Below, piece after piece: positions 44,796 through 54,384 of a DNA stretch of 64,000 nucleotides. Source of the stretch: Oscillospiraceae bacterium (GTDB lineage: Bacteria; Bacillota; Clostridia; Oscillospirales; CAG-272); assembly GCA_015063805.1 (NCBI GenBank), contig SVTK01000014.1, positions 7,055-71,054 of the forward strand. Direction: 5' to 3'. The notes under the pieces are model-generated. The model did no database searches. It saw nothing but the letters and a program-made list of their open reading frames with translations, and was not told the origin of the DNA. Both the position numbers and the translations under genes were made by a program. Position 1 is the stretch's first letter; each line of letters starts with the position of its first letter.

Positions 44796-45206
44796 ATGAT
44801 TTACCCCTCCATTGAAGAACTGACCAGAGGAAAATACAATCGTTACGAGCTGGTGATTGCCACCGCCAAGTGCGCGCGCCTGGTGACTGACGAGTACATG
44901 AAGCAGCGCGAGACCGCTGAGAAGCTCATCGCCGAGAAGCAGACCGACAAGAGCCTGTCCTCCATGATCAAGCGGGAGTACCGGGACGAGAAGGCGGTCA
45001 AGAACGCCATCAACCGCCTGCACAGCGGGGAGTTTGTCATTGTGGAGCGCGATCCCGACGAGGTGCGTGAGGCACCTGCCATGGAAGAGCCCAGACCGGT
45101 TCCGGTCAACCTGGCTGAGCTGTTTGCTGATGAGAACGGCGACGCTGATGTTGAGGACGAAGAGGACGAAGAGGACGAGGACGCCGCCGAGGAAGGCGAC
45201 GAGTAA
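44796..45206 (+). CDS. rpoZ: DNA-directed RNA polymerase subunit omega with a long acidic C-terminal extension
   Basis: NRYELVIATAKCARLV core. Located after gmk. 136 aa, ending DVEDEEDEEDEDAAEEGDE. Confidence 0.85.
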   Translation: MIYPSIEELTRGKYNRYELVIATAKCARLVTDEYMKQRETAEKLIAEKQTDKSLSSMIKREYRDEKAVKNAINRLHSGEFVIVERDPDEVREAPAMEEPRPVPVNLAELFADENGDADVEDEEDEEDEDAAEEGDE

Positions 45207-45214
45207 TTTTCGGG

Positions 45215-47680
45215 ATGGAAAACGTATACGCCGAAGTCCATGTGCTCGGGGTTCCCGGTCAGGTTGACCGTCGGTATACCTATTTTGTTCCCGCGGCTCT
45301 GCGGGAAGAGATGCGGCCCGGGCTGTTCGTGCGTGTCCCGTTCGGGGGAGGCAACCGCGACCGCATTGCGCTGACGGTTGCCCTCACCGAGGAATATACC
45401 GGCAATATTGAACTAAAGCCCGTGCTGGCAGTCTGTGACGACTGCGTTTCGCTGGATGCGGAACTGCTCGGGCTATGTCTGTTTATGAAGGAGCAGACCC
45501 TATGCACCGTAGGGGATGCGGTTCATGCCATGATTCCCGCCGCAGCACTGGGGAAATTTGTGCGCCGCTTCCGTGCGGTGGCGGGTGCCGCGGTGCCCGA
45601 GGATGCGGCGGGACGGCTGATTTGGGATGCCGTCTCGGCCAAGGGGAGCATGACTTATGACAGCCTGCGGGCGCGGTTCGGCGGTCAGGTGACCGATGCC
45701 TTGAACCGTCTGACCCGTGCAGGGATTCTGCTGTGTGAGACAGAGCTGAAGGAGCCTGCCGACCGAAGGGCTTCCCTGTGGCGGCTGGCGCCGGCTTTGG
45801 CCGGCAAGTCTGCCGAGGAGATCTTCGCCGGAGCGAAGCTCCGCTCGGCGGGGCAGAAGGCGATTGTGGCCGAGCTCTGCGCCGGCGGGGGCAGGGAAGA
45901 AGAGGAGCTGCTCAACGCGGCGGCGGCCTCCCGTACCCAGCTGAAGGCCCTGGCCGGGCGGGGAATGATCGTGGAGGAGCGCGTGGATCTGTGGCAGAAT
46001 CTGCCCGCCGCGCCCACCAAGGATCCCCGGGACAATCGGCTCTCTCCGGCACAGCAGGCGGCTTTTGATACCCTTTCCGCTCTGTATCGGCGGGGAGAGG
46101 CATCGGCCGCGCTGCTCCACGGCGTCACCGGCTCTGGCAAGACCCGGGTGATGCTGTCCATGATCGATGAAGTTCTGCGGGACGGGCGGCAGGTGATCCT
46201 GCTCCTGCCCGAGATTGCGCTGACCCCCCAGTCGGTGGCCATTTTCTGCGCCTATTACGGGGCGCGGGTGGCGGTGATCCACTCGGGACTGTCGGCAGGC
46301 GAGCGGCTGGACACCTATCGCCGCATCCGTGCCGGGGAGGCCGACCTGGTGATCGGCACCCGCTCGGCGGTGTTTGCGCCCCTGCCCAATTTGGGGATGA
46401 TCATCCTCGACGAGGAGCAGGAGCATACCTACAAATCGGACAACGATCCGAAATACCATGCGCGGGATATTGCCCGTTACCGCTGTGCCGAGAAGAAGGC
46501 ACTTCTGCTGCTGGCTTCGGCAACGCCGTCGCTTGAGAGCTACCGCAAGGCCAAGGAAGGGGTATACACCCTGGTGCCCCTCACCGAGCGTTATGGAGGA
46601 GCAGTACTCCCCGATGTGACGGTGGCGGATATGCGGCAGGAGATGCGGGAGGGCAACATCGGCCCCATCGGCCGCACGCTGGATGCGGCGCTGGCCGAGA
46701 CCCTGGCGGCAGGGGAGCAGGCGATCCTGTTCCTGAACCGGCGGGGGTATCACACCGGACTTTCCTGCCGTTCCTGCGGCGGGAACGTAACCTGCCCCAA
46801 CTGCTCGGTGTCCATGACCTACCACAAGCATGAGCGGCACCCCAAGGGAGGATACCTGGTCTGCCATTGGTGCGGCGCGCGGATGGATGTGCCCGAGGAA
46901 TGTCCCGCCTGCGGCTCGTCCCACCTGTCCTTTATGGGCTACGGGACCCAGCAGCTTGAGGAGGAGCTCTCCCGCCGCTACCCCGGTGCGCGGATTCTGC
47001 GGATGGATACCGATACCACCTCCACCAAGCTTGCCCATGAAACCCTGCTGGGGCGTTTTCGCGCGGGGGAGGCGGATATTTTGCTGGGGACCCAGATGGT
47101 GACCAAGGGGCATGACTTCCCCAATGTGACCCTGGTGGGGGTACTGCTGGCAGATATGTCGCTGTATGTGGACGATTATCGGGCGGCGGAGCGGACCTTT
47201 TCGCTGCTGACCCAGGTGATTGGCCGTGCCGGCCGCGCCGAGAAGCGGGGGCGTGCGGTGATTCAGACCAACAATCCCGATCACGAGGTGATCCGCCTGG
47301 CCTGCGCCCAGGATTACCCTGCCTTTTATGCCAGGGAGGAGCGGCTGCGTCGGGCTTTGGTGTTCCCGCCTTTCTGCGATGTGGTGCTGCTGACCCTGAC
47401 GTCCTCCGACGAGCAGGCGCTGATGTTGGCCACTGACCTGCTGCGGCGGGGCTTGCCGAAGATTGCCGAACGGCAGTTTTCGGATGTGGCTTATGTGGCG
47501 TTTGGTCCCTTTGAGGCGCCGGTTTATCGGGTGGAGGGGCGCTATCGGATGCGGATGGTGCTCAAGTGCAAGCTGAACCGGCGGAGCCGGGCTATGTTTG
47601 CTGAGGTTTATTCCCGTTTCACCGCCAAGGCGCCGGCAAAGACGGTGCTGACGGTGGATTATAATCCCACGAATTTGTGA
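45215..47680 (+). CDS. priA: primosomal protein N' (replication restart helicase PriA)
   Basis: Walker A GVTGSGKT, DEEQ box, and Zn-binding CRSCG...CPNC / CHWCG...CPACG. Confidence 0.9.
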   Translation: MENVYAEVHVLGVPGQVDRRYTYFVPAALREEMRPGLFVRVPFGGGNRDRIALTVALTEEYTGNIELKPVLAVCDDCVSLDAELLGLCLFMKEQTLCTVGDAVHAMIPAAALGKFVRRFRAVAGAAVPEDAAGRLIWDAVSAKGSMTYDSLRARFGGQVTDALNRLTRAGILLCETELKEPADRRASLWRLAPALAGKSAEEIFAGAKLRSAGQKAIVAELCAGGGREEEELLNAAAASRTQLKALAGRGMIVEERVDLWQNLPAAPTKDPRDNRLSPAQQAAFDTLSALYRRGEASAALLHGVTGSGKTRVMLSMIDEVLRDGRQVILLLPEIALTPQSVAIFCAYYGARVAVIHSGLSAGERLDTYRRIRAGEADLVIGTRSAVFAPLPNLGMIILDEEQEHTYKSDNDPKYHARDIARYRCAEKKALLLLASATPSLESYRKAKEGVYTLVPLTERYGGAVLPDVTVADMRQEMREGNIGPIGRTLDAALAETLAAGEQAILFLNRRGYHTGLSCRSCGGNVTCPNCSVSMTYHKHERHPKGGYLVCHWCGARMDVPEECPACGSSHLSFMGYGTQQLEEELSRRYPGARILRMDTDTTSTKLAHETLLGRFRAGEADILLGTQMVTKGHDFPNVTLVGVLLADMSLYVDDYRAAERTFSLLTQVIGRAGRAEKRGRAVIQTNNPDHEVIRLACAQDYPAFYAREERLRRALVFPPFCDVVLLTLTSSDEQALMLATDLLRRGLPKIAERQFSDVAYVAFGPFEAPVYRVEGRYRMRMVLKCKLNRRSRAMFAEVYSRFTAKAPAKTVLTVDYNPTNL

Positions 47681-47684
47681 GGTG

Positions 47685-47756
47685 CGGGGCGCCGCCCCGG
47701 ACCCTGCCCGAACCCCTTTTTGAAAAAAGGGTTTCGGGGCTTCCCAAAAACTTTCG
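47685..47756. repeat. intergenic palindromic repeat, single unit
   Basis: Short hairpin CGGGGCGCCGCCCCG, palindrome CCCGAACCCCTTTTTGAAAAAAGGGTTTCGGG, and tail CTTCCCAAAAACTTTC. Starts 5 nt after the priA stop. Confidence 0.65.
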
Positions 47757-47805
47757 GGCACGCCCTTGCGTTTGGGTGTGCAAATTTGAAGAGAGAGGTA
47801 TAGAG

Positions 47806-48273
47806 ATGGCTAAGTTGAATATTGTGAAGGATGGAGATCCTGTTCTGCGGAAGGTATGCCGCCCTGTGGAGACGGTGACGCCCCGGATCCGCACGTTGTT
47901 GGATGATATGATCGAGACCATGCGGGCGGCCAATGGTTGCGGACTGGCGGCACCCCAGGTGGGTGTGCTTCGCCGTGTGGTAGTGGTTGAGTGCGAGGAG
48001 GGCAAGGTGATTGAGCTGATCAATCCCCGGATCATTGCCCACGCGGGCAAGCAGGAGGAGGCCGAAGGCTGTCTGTCGGTGCCCGGCCGCTGGGGGATCA
48101 CGAATCGCCCCCGTCATGTGACGGTGCGTGCCCTGGATCGCTACGGTAATGAGTTTGAGGTATCCGGCAGTGATCTGCTGGCCCGTGCATTTTGCCATGA
48201 GCTGGATCATTTGGATGGGGTGCTGTTCACTGATAAGGCCATCCGTATGCTGGAGCCCGACGAGGTGGAATGA
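47806..48273 (+). CDS. def: peptide deformylase
   Basis: GCGLAAPQ, EGCLSVPG and HELDHLDG motifs. ATG at 47806; the track ORF extends upstream into the repeat. Confidence 0.9.
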   Translation: MAKLNIVKDGDPVLRKVCRPVETVTPRIRTLLDDMIETMRAANGCGLAAPQVGVLRRVVVVECEEGKVIELINPRIIAHAGKQEEAEGCLSVPGRWGITNRPRHVTVRALDRYGNEFEVSGSDLLARAFCHELDHLDGVLFTDKAIRMLEPDEVE

Positions 48274-49244
48274 TGAGTGAAAAACTGCGCATTCTATTTA
48301 TGGGCACCCCCGATTTTGCCTGTGTGACCCTGCGCGCGTTGTGCGAGGGTGATGCCGGTGTGGTGGGGGTTGTGACCCAGCCCGACAAGCCGAAGGGTAG
48401 GGGATACACCCTGATGCCTCCTCCGGTGAAGGTTTATGCCGAGGAGCAGGGACTGCCGGTGTATCAGCCCACCACGCTGAAGGCGGGAACCGAGGATGGG
48501 GATGCCTTTGCGCTGACTTTGCGCGAGTTGGATCCCGATCTGATTGTGGTGGTGGCTTACGGCAAGATTTTGCCGGGCTATGTGCTGGAGTATCCCCGGC
48601 TGGGCTGCGTGAATGTACACGGCTCGCTTCTGCCGGCCTATCGCGGTGCGGCGCCCATGCAGCGGGCGATTATCGACGGCTGCAGTGAGACGGGAATCAC
48701 CACCATGCTGATGGCCGCGGGACTCGACACGGGTGATATGCTGTTGAAGCGGGTAGTGCCCATCGGTGAGAACGACAATTTTGAGGATATTCACGATCGC
48801 ATGGCCGAGGTCGGCGCGGCGCTTCTGCTGGAAACGGTGGAGGGACTGGTGGCCGGTACGATCACGCCCGAGTCGCAGGATGATGCGCTGGCGACCCACG
48901 CTGCCAAGATCGAGCGGGAGGACTGTGTGCTGGACTTTTCCCGTCCTGCCCGGGAGGTACACAACCGCATCCGCGGGCTGTCGCCGATTCCCCTGTCCTC
49001 GGCTGCGATGCCGGGCGGCAAGCGGGTGAAGATCCTGACTTCCGTGGTGGCGGATGACAGGACGCCCCATGAGGTGCCGGGAGAGATCCTTTCCCTGGAC
49101 AGCACCGGCGAGGGCCGGGTGGAGATCGCCTGCGCTGTGGGCAGCATTTATGCCCTGCGTCTGCTTCCCGAGGGGAAGGGACGCATGGGTGCGGCTGATT
49201 TCATCCGCGGCAGACGGGTCGCGGTGGGCGATATCTGGAGCTGA
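48270..49244 (+). CDS. fmt: methionyl-tRNA formyltransferase
   Basis: ILFMGTPDFA N-terminus and NVHGSLLPAYRGAAPMQRAI motif. Overlaps the def stop. Confidence 0.9.
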   Translation: MMSEKLRILFMGTPDFACVTLRALCEGDAGVVGVVTQPDKPKGRGYTLMPPPVKVYAEEQGLPVYQPTTLKAGTEDGDAFALTLRELDPDLIVVVAYGKILPGYVLEYPRLGCVNVHGSLLPAYRGAAPMQRAIIDGCSETGITTMLMAAGLDTGDMLLKRVVPIGENDNFEDIHDRMAEVGAALLLETVEGLVAGTITPESQDDALATHAAKIEREDCVLDFSRPAREVHNRIRGLSPIPLSSAAMPGGKRVKILTSVVADDRTPHEVPGEILSLDSTGEGRVEIACAVGSIYALRLLPEGKGRMGAADFIRGRRVAVGDIWS

Positions 49245-49305
49245 GCTCCCCCATCCCCGACGCGCCGCCGGTGCGGCGGGGATCTGTGCATTTCGGAGGA
49301 TAACG

Positions 49306-49974
49306 ATGGATTATATTTATTATTTGCTGATTGCGGCCATGATTTTTGTGGCATGGGCGCAGATTTCGGTGAAGACCACCTTTGCAAAGTATTCCAAGGT
49401 GGCCACGAGAAACGGGCAGACGGGGCATGATGCGGCGCGCTGCATTCTGGACGCCAACGGTCTGCAGAACATTCCCATTCAGCCTGTGGGGGGTGAGCTG
49501 ACCGACCATTATTCTCCCGCCGAGCAGGTGATCCGCCTGTCCCAGCCGGTGTACGGTGTGGCCAGTGCGGCGGCGGTGGGGGTGGCGGCTCACGAAGCCG
49601 GCCACGCGGTGCAGAACGCCGTGGGCTATTTCCCCATGAAGCTGCGGGCTGTGATCATCCCTGTGACCAGATTCGGTTCGGGGGCGGCGATTCCCCTCTT
49701 CTTTTTTGGGTTGTTTTTGAGCTTCGGCATTCTTGTCGATATTGGCCTTGGGCTGTTCTTCTTCTCGGTACTTTTCCAGCTGATCACCCTGCCGGTTGAG
49801 TTCAACGCCAGCCGTCGGGCCATGGCGGCGCTGCGGGAAAGCGGTGCCTATTCGGAGGAGGAGCTGCACGCGGCGCGTAAGGTGCTCACCGCCGCGGCCA
49901 TGACCTATGTGGGTGCCCTGGCGGTGTCCATGCTGCAATTCTTGCGCCTGCTGTCCATTGCCAGGAGGCGCTGA
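49306..49974 (+). CDS. membrane zinc metallopeptidase (YugP-like, PF04298-type)
   Basis: ATG at 49306 after GGAGGA. HEAGHAVQ zinc motif with N- and C-terminal TM segments. Confidence 0.8.
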   Translation: MDYIYYLLIAAMIFVAWAQISVKTTFAKYSKVATRNGQTGHDAARCILDANGLQNIPIQPVGGELTDHYSPAEQVIRLSQPVYGVASAAAVGVAAHEAGHAVQNAVGYFPMKLRAVIIPVTRFGSGAAIPLFFFGLFLSFGILVDIGLGLFFFSVLFQLITLPVEFNASRRAMAALRESGAYSEEELHAARKVLTAAAMTYVGALAVSMLQFLRLLSIARRR

Positions 49975-49975
49975 C

Positions 49976-51259
49976 ATGGGGGAAAAGATGCAAGCGGCCC
50001 CCAAGTCCCCCCGTGCCCTGGCGCTGGAACTGCTCCGGGACTGGGCCGAGAAGGGGCAGTATCCCAACATTGCCCTGGACCATGCCTTGAAGCGGAATGC
50101 CCTCGGCGGCCCTGACCGGGCCTTGCTCACCACCCTGGTTTACGGGGTGATCGAGCGGGCACTGACTTTGGATGCCATCATTGATACGCTGGCCGATCGT
50201 GAGATTGAGCCGGCGGTGCGGGATATTCTGCGGCTGGGGATCTATCAGATGCGGTATCTCGACCGCATTCCCGCCCACGCGGCGGTGAACGAAACGGTGG
50301 CTTTGGCGCCCCGTCGGGTGCGGGGATTTGTGAACGCCATCCTGCGGAGCTACGGGCGGCGGGCGGCGGAGTTCGTCTTTGCCGCGCCGGCTGATGCGGC
50401 ATCCATGTCGGTGGCCTACTCGGTGTCTGAGCCCATCTGCGCGGCATTTATTGAGGCCTTCGGGCTTGAGCGCGCGTCCTCGATTCTGGCGGCGTTTGGA
50501 AAAAATCCGCCCCTGAATCTGCGGGTGAACACCCTGCGGGTGAGCCGGGAGGATTACCTCGCGCGGTTGGCCGAAGCGGAGATCGAGGCTTCTCCCTGCG
50601 GGGTACACAGCGGGATTCGGCTGGCGGGATCCATGAATCCCACCGAGCTCCCCGGCTTTTCGGCGGGGGACTGCTTTGTGCAGGACGAAGCTTCCCAGCG
50701 CTGTGTGGCGGCGTTGGGGGCGCAGGCAGGTGAGCTGGTGCTGGACCTCTGCGCCTGTCCCGGGGCGAAGTCCTTCGGGGCGGCCATTGATATGGAAAAC
50801 TGCGGTCGGGTGATCTCGGCCGATCTACATGAGAACAAGCTTTCGCTGATTGCGGCGGGAGCGGAGCGGCTGGGGATCTCCATCATCGAGACGGCGGCGC
50901 GGGATGCCCGTTTGCCGGTGGGAGAATTGGTGGGGCGCGCCGACCGTGTGATCTGCGATGTGCCCTGCTCCGGGCTTGGGGTGCTGGGCAAAAAGCCCGA
51001 TTTGCGCTACAAGTCCATTGATGCGGTGGGGCGGCTGCCGGCCATTCAGGCGGCGATCCTGGAGACAGCGGCGGGTTATGTTCGGGCAGGGGGGCGACTG
51101 GTGTATTCCACCTGTACTCTGCTTCCTGCCGAAAATGCCGGAGTGACGGGGCCGTTTTTGGCGGCACATCCCGAATTTACGGTGATCGAGGAGCGGACGT
51201 TGGCGCCCGACACCGATGGAACGGACGGATTTTACTATTGTGCGATGGAGCGGAGATAG
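49976..51259 (+). CDS. rsmB: 16S rRNA (cytosine967-C5)-methyltransferase
   Basis: ATG at 49976 after AGGAGG. NusB-like N-terminal domain. SAM-binding DLCACPGAKS and catalytic DVPCSGLGV. Confidence 0.85.
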   Translation: MGEKMQAAPKSPRALALELLRDWAEKGQYPNIALDHALKRNALGGPDRALLTTLVYGVIERALTLDAIIDTLADREIEPAVRDILRLGIYQMRYLDRIPAHAAVNETVALAPRRVRGFVNAILRSYGRRAAEFVFAAPADAASMSVAYSVSEPICAAFIEAFGLERASSILAAFGKNPPLNLRVNTLRVSREDYLARLAEAEIEASPCGVHSGIRLAGSMNPTELPGFSAGDCFVQDEASQRCVAALGAQAGELVLDLCACPGAKSFGAAIDMENCGRVISADLHENKLSLIAAGAERLGISIIETAARDARLPVGELVGRADRVICDVPCSGLGVLGKKPDLRYKSIDAVGRLPAIQAAILETAAGYVRAGGRLVYSTCTLLPAENAGVTGPFLAAHPEFTVIEERTLAPDTDGTDGFYYCAMERR

Positions 51260-51263
51260 GATG

Positions 51264-51336
51264 CGGGGCTCTGCCCCGTACCCCGCTGGGGGAGCCTTTT
51301 GAAAAAGGCTCCCCCAGACCCCTGCGAAAACTTTCC
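51264..51336. repeat. intergenic palindromic repeat, single unit
   Basis: Short hairpin CGGGGCTCTGCCCCG, palindrome CTGGGGGAGCCTTTTGAAAAAGGCTCCCCCAG, and tail ACCCCTGCGAAAACTTTCC. Confidence 0.65.
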
Positions 51337-51362
51337 AACATGGATGAATTGAAAGGTTGAAG

Positions 51363-52394
51363 ATGAATCTACTTTCTTTGACGCTGCCTGAGCTTGAGGG
51401 GCGGATGGCTGAGCTGGGCCAGCCGCGATACCGCGCGGGGCAGATTTTTGAACAGCTGCACCGCGGGACTGCACCCCGGGATATGACCAATCTGCCGCTG
51501 GCACTGCGTGAGGTGCTGATGGCGGACTATCATCTGCCCGCTGTTGCCCGCAAGCTGGTGTCGGCGGTGGATGGAACGATCAAGTATCTTTTCTCCCTCG
51601 CCGACGGCAACTGCGTGGAGAGTGTGCTGATGCAGTACAAGCACGGGGTAACCATATGTCTCAGCACCCAGGTAGGCTGTCGGATGGGATGTGCCTTCTG
51701 TGCCTCCACCATTGGGGGCAAGGTGCGGGACCTGGAAGCGGGGGAGCTCATCGGACAGATCCTGGCCGCCCAGGCAGACAGCGGTCTGCGGGTTGGGGGC
51801 ATTGTGCTCATGGGCATCGGCGAGCCGCTGGATAACTATGACAACGTATTGCGCTTTCTGCGCCTGGTGGGAGATCCCAAGGGACTGAACATCGGATACC
51901 GGCACATTTCGCTCTCCACCTGCGGGCTTTGCGACAAGATCGCACAGCTGGCCGAGGAGGACCTGCCCATTACCCTGTCCATCTCCCTCCACGCCCCCGA
52001 TGATGAAACCCGGTCGGCTCTGATGCCGGTGAACCGCAAATGGGGAATCGACACGCTGCTGTCCACCTGCCGGGACTATTGGAACAAAACAGGACGGCGC
52101 ATTTCCTTTGAATATACCCTGATCGCGGGAGAGAACGATTCCCTCGCCCAGGCGGAAAAATTGGCGGAACGCCTCAATCGCGGCTTGCGCAGCCGTACCG
52201 AGACCATGCCCATTCATGTGAATCTTATCCCCGTGAATCCTGTGGGTGAGCGGCAGTTCTCGGCCTCGGACGGGCGTGCCATCAAGGCCTTCGCCGCCGT
52301 GCTGGAGAAGCGCGGCATCCGTGCCACTGTGCGCCGCAAGCTGGGCAGCGACATCGATGCCTCCTGCGGCCAGCTGCGCCGGGGCGAGGTGTAA
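51363..52394 (+). CDS. rlmN: 23S rRNA/tRNA (adenine-C2)-methyltransferase RlmN
   Basis: Radical SAM CRMGCAFCAS and RYRAGQIF N-terminal motif. ATG at 51363; the track ORF starts at TTG 51357. Confidence 0.9.
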   Translation: MNLLSLTLPELEGRMAELGQPRYRAGQIFEQLHRGTAPRDMTNLPLALREVLMADYHLPAVARKLVSAVDGTIKYLFSLADGNCVESVLMQYKHGVTICLSTQVGCRMGCAFCASTIGGKVRDLEAGELIGQILAAQADSGLRVGGIVLMGIGEPLDNYDNVLRFLRLVGDPKGLNIGYRHISLSTCGLCDKIAQLAEEDLPITLSISLHAPDDETRSALMPVNRKWGIDTLLSTCRDYWNKTGRRISFEYTLIAGENDSLAQAEKLAERLNRGLRSRTETMPIHVNLIPVNPVGERQFSASDGRAIKAFAAVLEKRGIRATVRRKLGSDIDASCGQLRRGEV

Positions 52395-52556
52395 GACCTT
52401 GGGGAGGTGCCTTTTGGGGGGCGCCTTTTGAAAAAGGCTCCCCCCAACCCCCCCGCGAAAACTTTCAAAAAGGGGCGTGCCTGAAAGTTTTTGCGGGATT
52501 CTTAAGGGAGCTTTTTTCAAAAAGCTCCCTTAAGTGGGGTATGGGGCAACGCCCCA
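52395..52556. repeat. composite intergenic palindromic repeat (two inverted units)
   Basis: GACCTTGGGGAGG... then palindrome GGGGGGCGCCTTTTGAAAAAGGCTCCCCCC and tail CCCCGCGAAAACTTTC. Facing it are GAAAGTTTTTGCGGG, palindrome CTTAAGGGAGCTTTTTTCAAAAAGCTCCCTTAAG and short hairpin GGGGCAACGCCCC. Begins at the base after the rlmN stop. Confidence 0.7.
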
Positions 52557-52580
52557 TTATACAAAGAAAGGACGTTACAT

Positions 52581-54380
52581 ATGTATAATTCCGCACTTCG
52601 ACAGATCACCCATGAAGCCGACCTCTGTGTAGTCGGCGGAGGCCTGGCGGGACTTTGTGCCGCTGTGGCAGCGGCCCGCGGGGGAATCCGCGTGATCCTC
52701 ATCCAGGACCGCCCGGTACTTGGCGGCAACGCATCCAGCGAGATCCGGATGTGGGTGCGAGGGGCGAAGGGCAAGTGCAACCGGGAGACCGGCATCCTCT
52801 CCGAGATGGAGGAAGAGAATATCTACCGCAACCCCACCCTGGAGGCACCTCTTTGGGACAGCGTCATGTTCGGCACCGCCCTGGGAGAGAGGAATCTGGA
52901 GCTGATCATGAACTGTTCGGTGGCAGATGCCGGTACCGAGGACGGGCGCATTGTATCGGTGACGGGCTGGCAGCTCACCACCTATACCTGGCACACCGTG
53001 AAGGCAAAATACTTTGCCGATTGCTCCGGGGACAGCATCCTGGCTCCTTTGGTGGGGGCGCGCTACCGTGTGGGCCGGGAGGCTGAGTCAGAGTTCGGCG
53101 AGTCCATCGGCCATGCAGAGGCTGACCGCAAGACCATGGGTATGTCCTGCCTGCTTCAGGCGAAGGAAACCGATCACCCCGTAAAATTCATTCCTCCCGA
53201 TTGGGCTAATGTGTACGAATCCGATGACGCCTTCATTGCGGCGGTGTCCCCGCTGACCGGGAAGGCCCTGATCCGCGACCACAAGGTGGGCACCTCCGGG
53301 GGCAACCTGTGGTGGATGGAGCTGGGCGGTGAGGATGACAGCATCCATGACACCGAGCGCCTGCGTGACGAACTGCTGAAGGTTGCCTTTGGGGTGTGGG
53401 ATCACATCAAAAACCGCGGCGACCACGGTTATGAAAACTGGAAGCTGGAATGGGTGGGCTTTCTGCCCGGCAAGCGGGAATCCCGTCGGTATGAGGGGGG
53501 CCTGATGCTCACCCAAAATCATATTGCCGAGGGCGGAAAATTCGACGATGTGGTGGCCTTCGGCGGTTGGCCCATGGACGATCACAATCCCTGCGGCATC
53601 CGCATGACAGCGGCCAGGGAGGAGCCATCTATTCTGTATAAAGTGCCTTCTCCCTACGGCATTCCTTATCGTGTGCTCTATTCGGCGGATGTGGCCAACC
53701 TCTTCATGGCGGGGCGCAACATCAGCGCCACCCATGCTGCCCTTTCCTCTACCCGCGTCATGGCCACCTGTTCGCTCATGGGCCAGGCGGTGGGTACGGC
53801 GGCGGCCATTGCCTGCCGACAGGGCATTGATCCTGCCGAAATCTATCCCACATATGTCCCCGAGCTGCAGGCCTGTCTGATGGAGGACAACTGCTTCCTG
53901 CCCGGCCTGCGCCGGGAGATGCCCGCGCTGACCCGCCGGGCTAAGATCGACCTGTCCGCGGATGCGCTGGCCCTCCTGCAGGACGGCATCGAGCGGCCCC
54001 GGGAGGATGCCGACCATGCGGCGGAGCTTCCCCTGGGTGGGGAGATCACCTTTTCCTTCGATGCGCCCGAGACGGTGCACGAGCTGCGGCTGGTGTTTGA
54101 TCCCGACTTCACTCGGGAGACCATCACCCCCAACCGGAAGATGCAGGTCTTCGCCCAGCGCCTCCACACGGGATTTGATTTTGTCCCGGTGAAGGTTGCG
54201 GCCACCCTGGTGCGTCGCTTTACGGTGCTGGCCGACGGCGTCGAGGTGGCGGCGGTGGGAGAGAACTATCATTCGCTGGTGAAGCTTCCCCTGAACGTGA
54301 CGGCGAAGACGCTGACCGTGCGGTTCGAGGAAACCTGGGGCGCGGAGAGCGTGAGACTGTATGCTTGTGATGTGAAATAA
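52581..54380 (+). CDS. FAD-dependent oxidoreductase (PF12831-like)
   Basis: Dinucleotide-binding DLCVVGGGLAGLCAAVAAARGG and LIQDRPVLGGNASSE; 599 aa. Confidence 0.75.
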   Translation: MYNSALRQITHEADLCVVGGGLAGLCAAVAAARGGIRVILIQDRPVLGGNASSEIRMWVRGAKGKCNRETGILSEMEEENIYRNPTLEAPLWDSVMFGTALGERNLELIMNCSVADAGTEDGRIVSVTGWQLTTYTWHTVKAKYFADCSGDSILAPLVGARYRVGREAESEFGESIGHAEADRKTMGMSCLLQAKETDHPVKFIPPDWANVYESDDAFIAAVSPLTGKALIRDHKVGTSGGNLWWMELGGEDDSIHDTERLRDELLKVAFGVWDHIKNRGDHGYENWKLEWVGFLPGKRESRRYEGGLMLTQNHIAEGGKFDDVVAFGGWPMDDHNPCGIRMTAAREEPSILYKVPSPYGIPYRVLYSADVANLFMAGRNISATHAALSSTRVMATCSLMGQAVGTAAAIACRQGIDPAEIYPTYVPELQACLMEDNCFLPGLRREMPALTRRAKIDLSADALALLQDGIERPREDADHAAELPLGGEITFSFDAPETVHELRLVFDPDFTRETITPNRKMQVFAQRLHTGFDFVPVKVAATLVRRFTVLADGVEVAAVGENYHSLVKLPLNVTAKTLTVRFEETWGAESVRLYACDVK

Positions 54381-54384
54381 TAAG

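Noticed and set aside
52395-52556. Palindromic repeats as a CRISPR array
   Set aside because: Copies are scattered singly or in inverted pairs in different intergenic regions, not regularly interspaced by unique spacers. No cas genes or leader are present.
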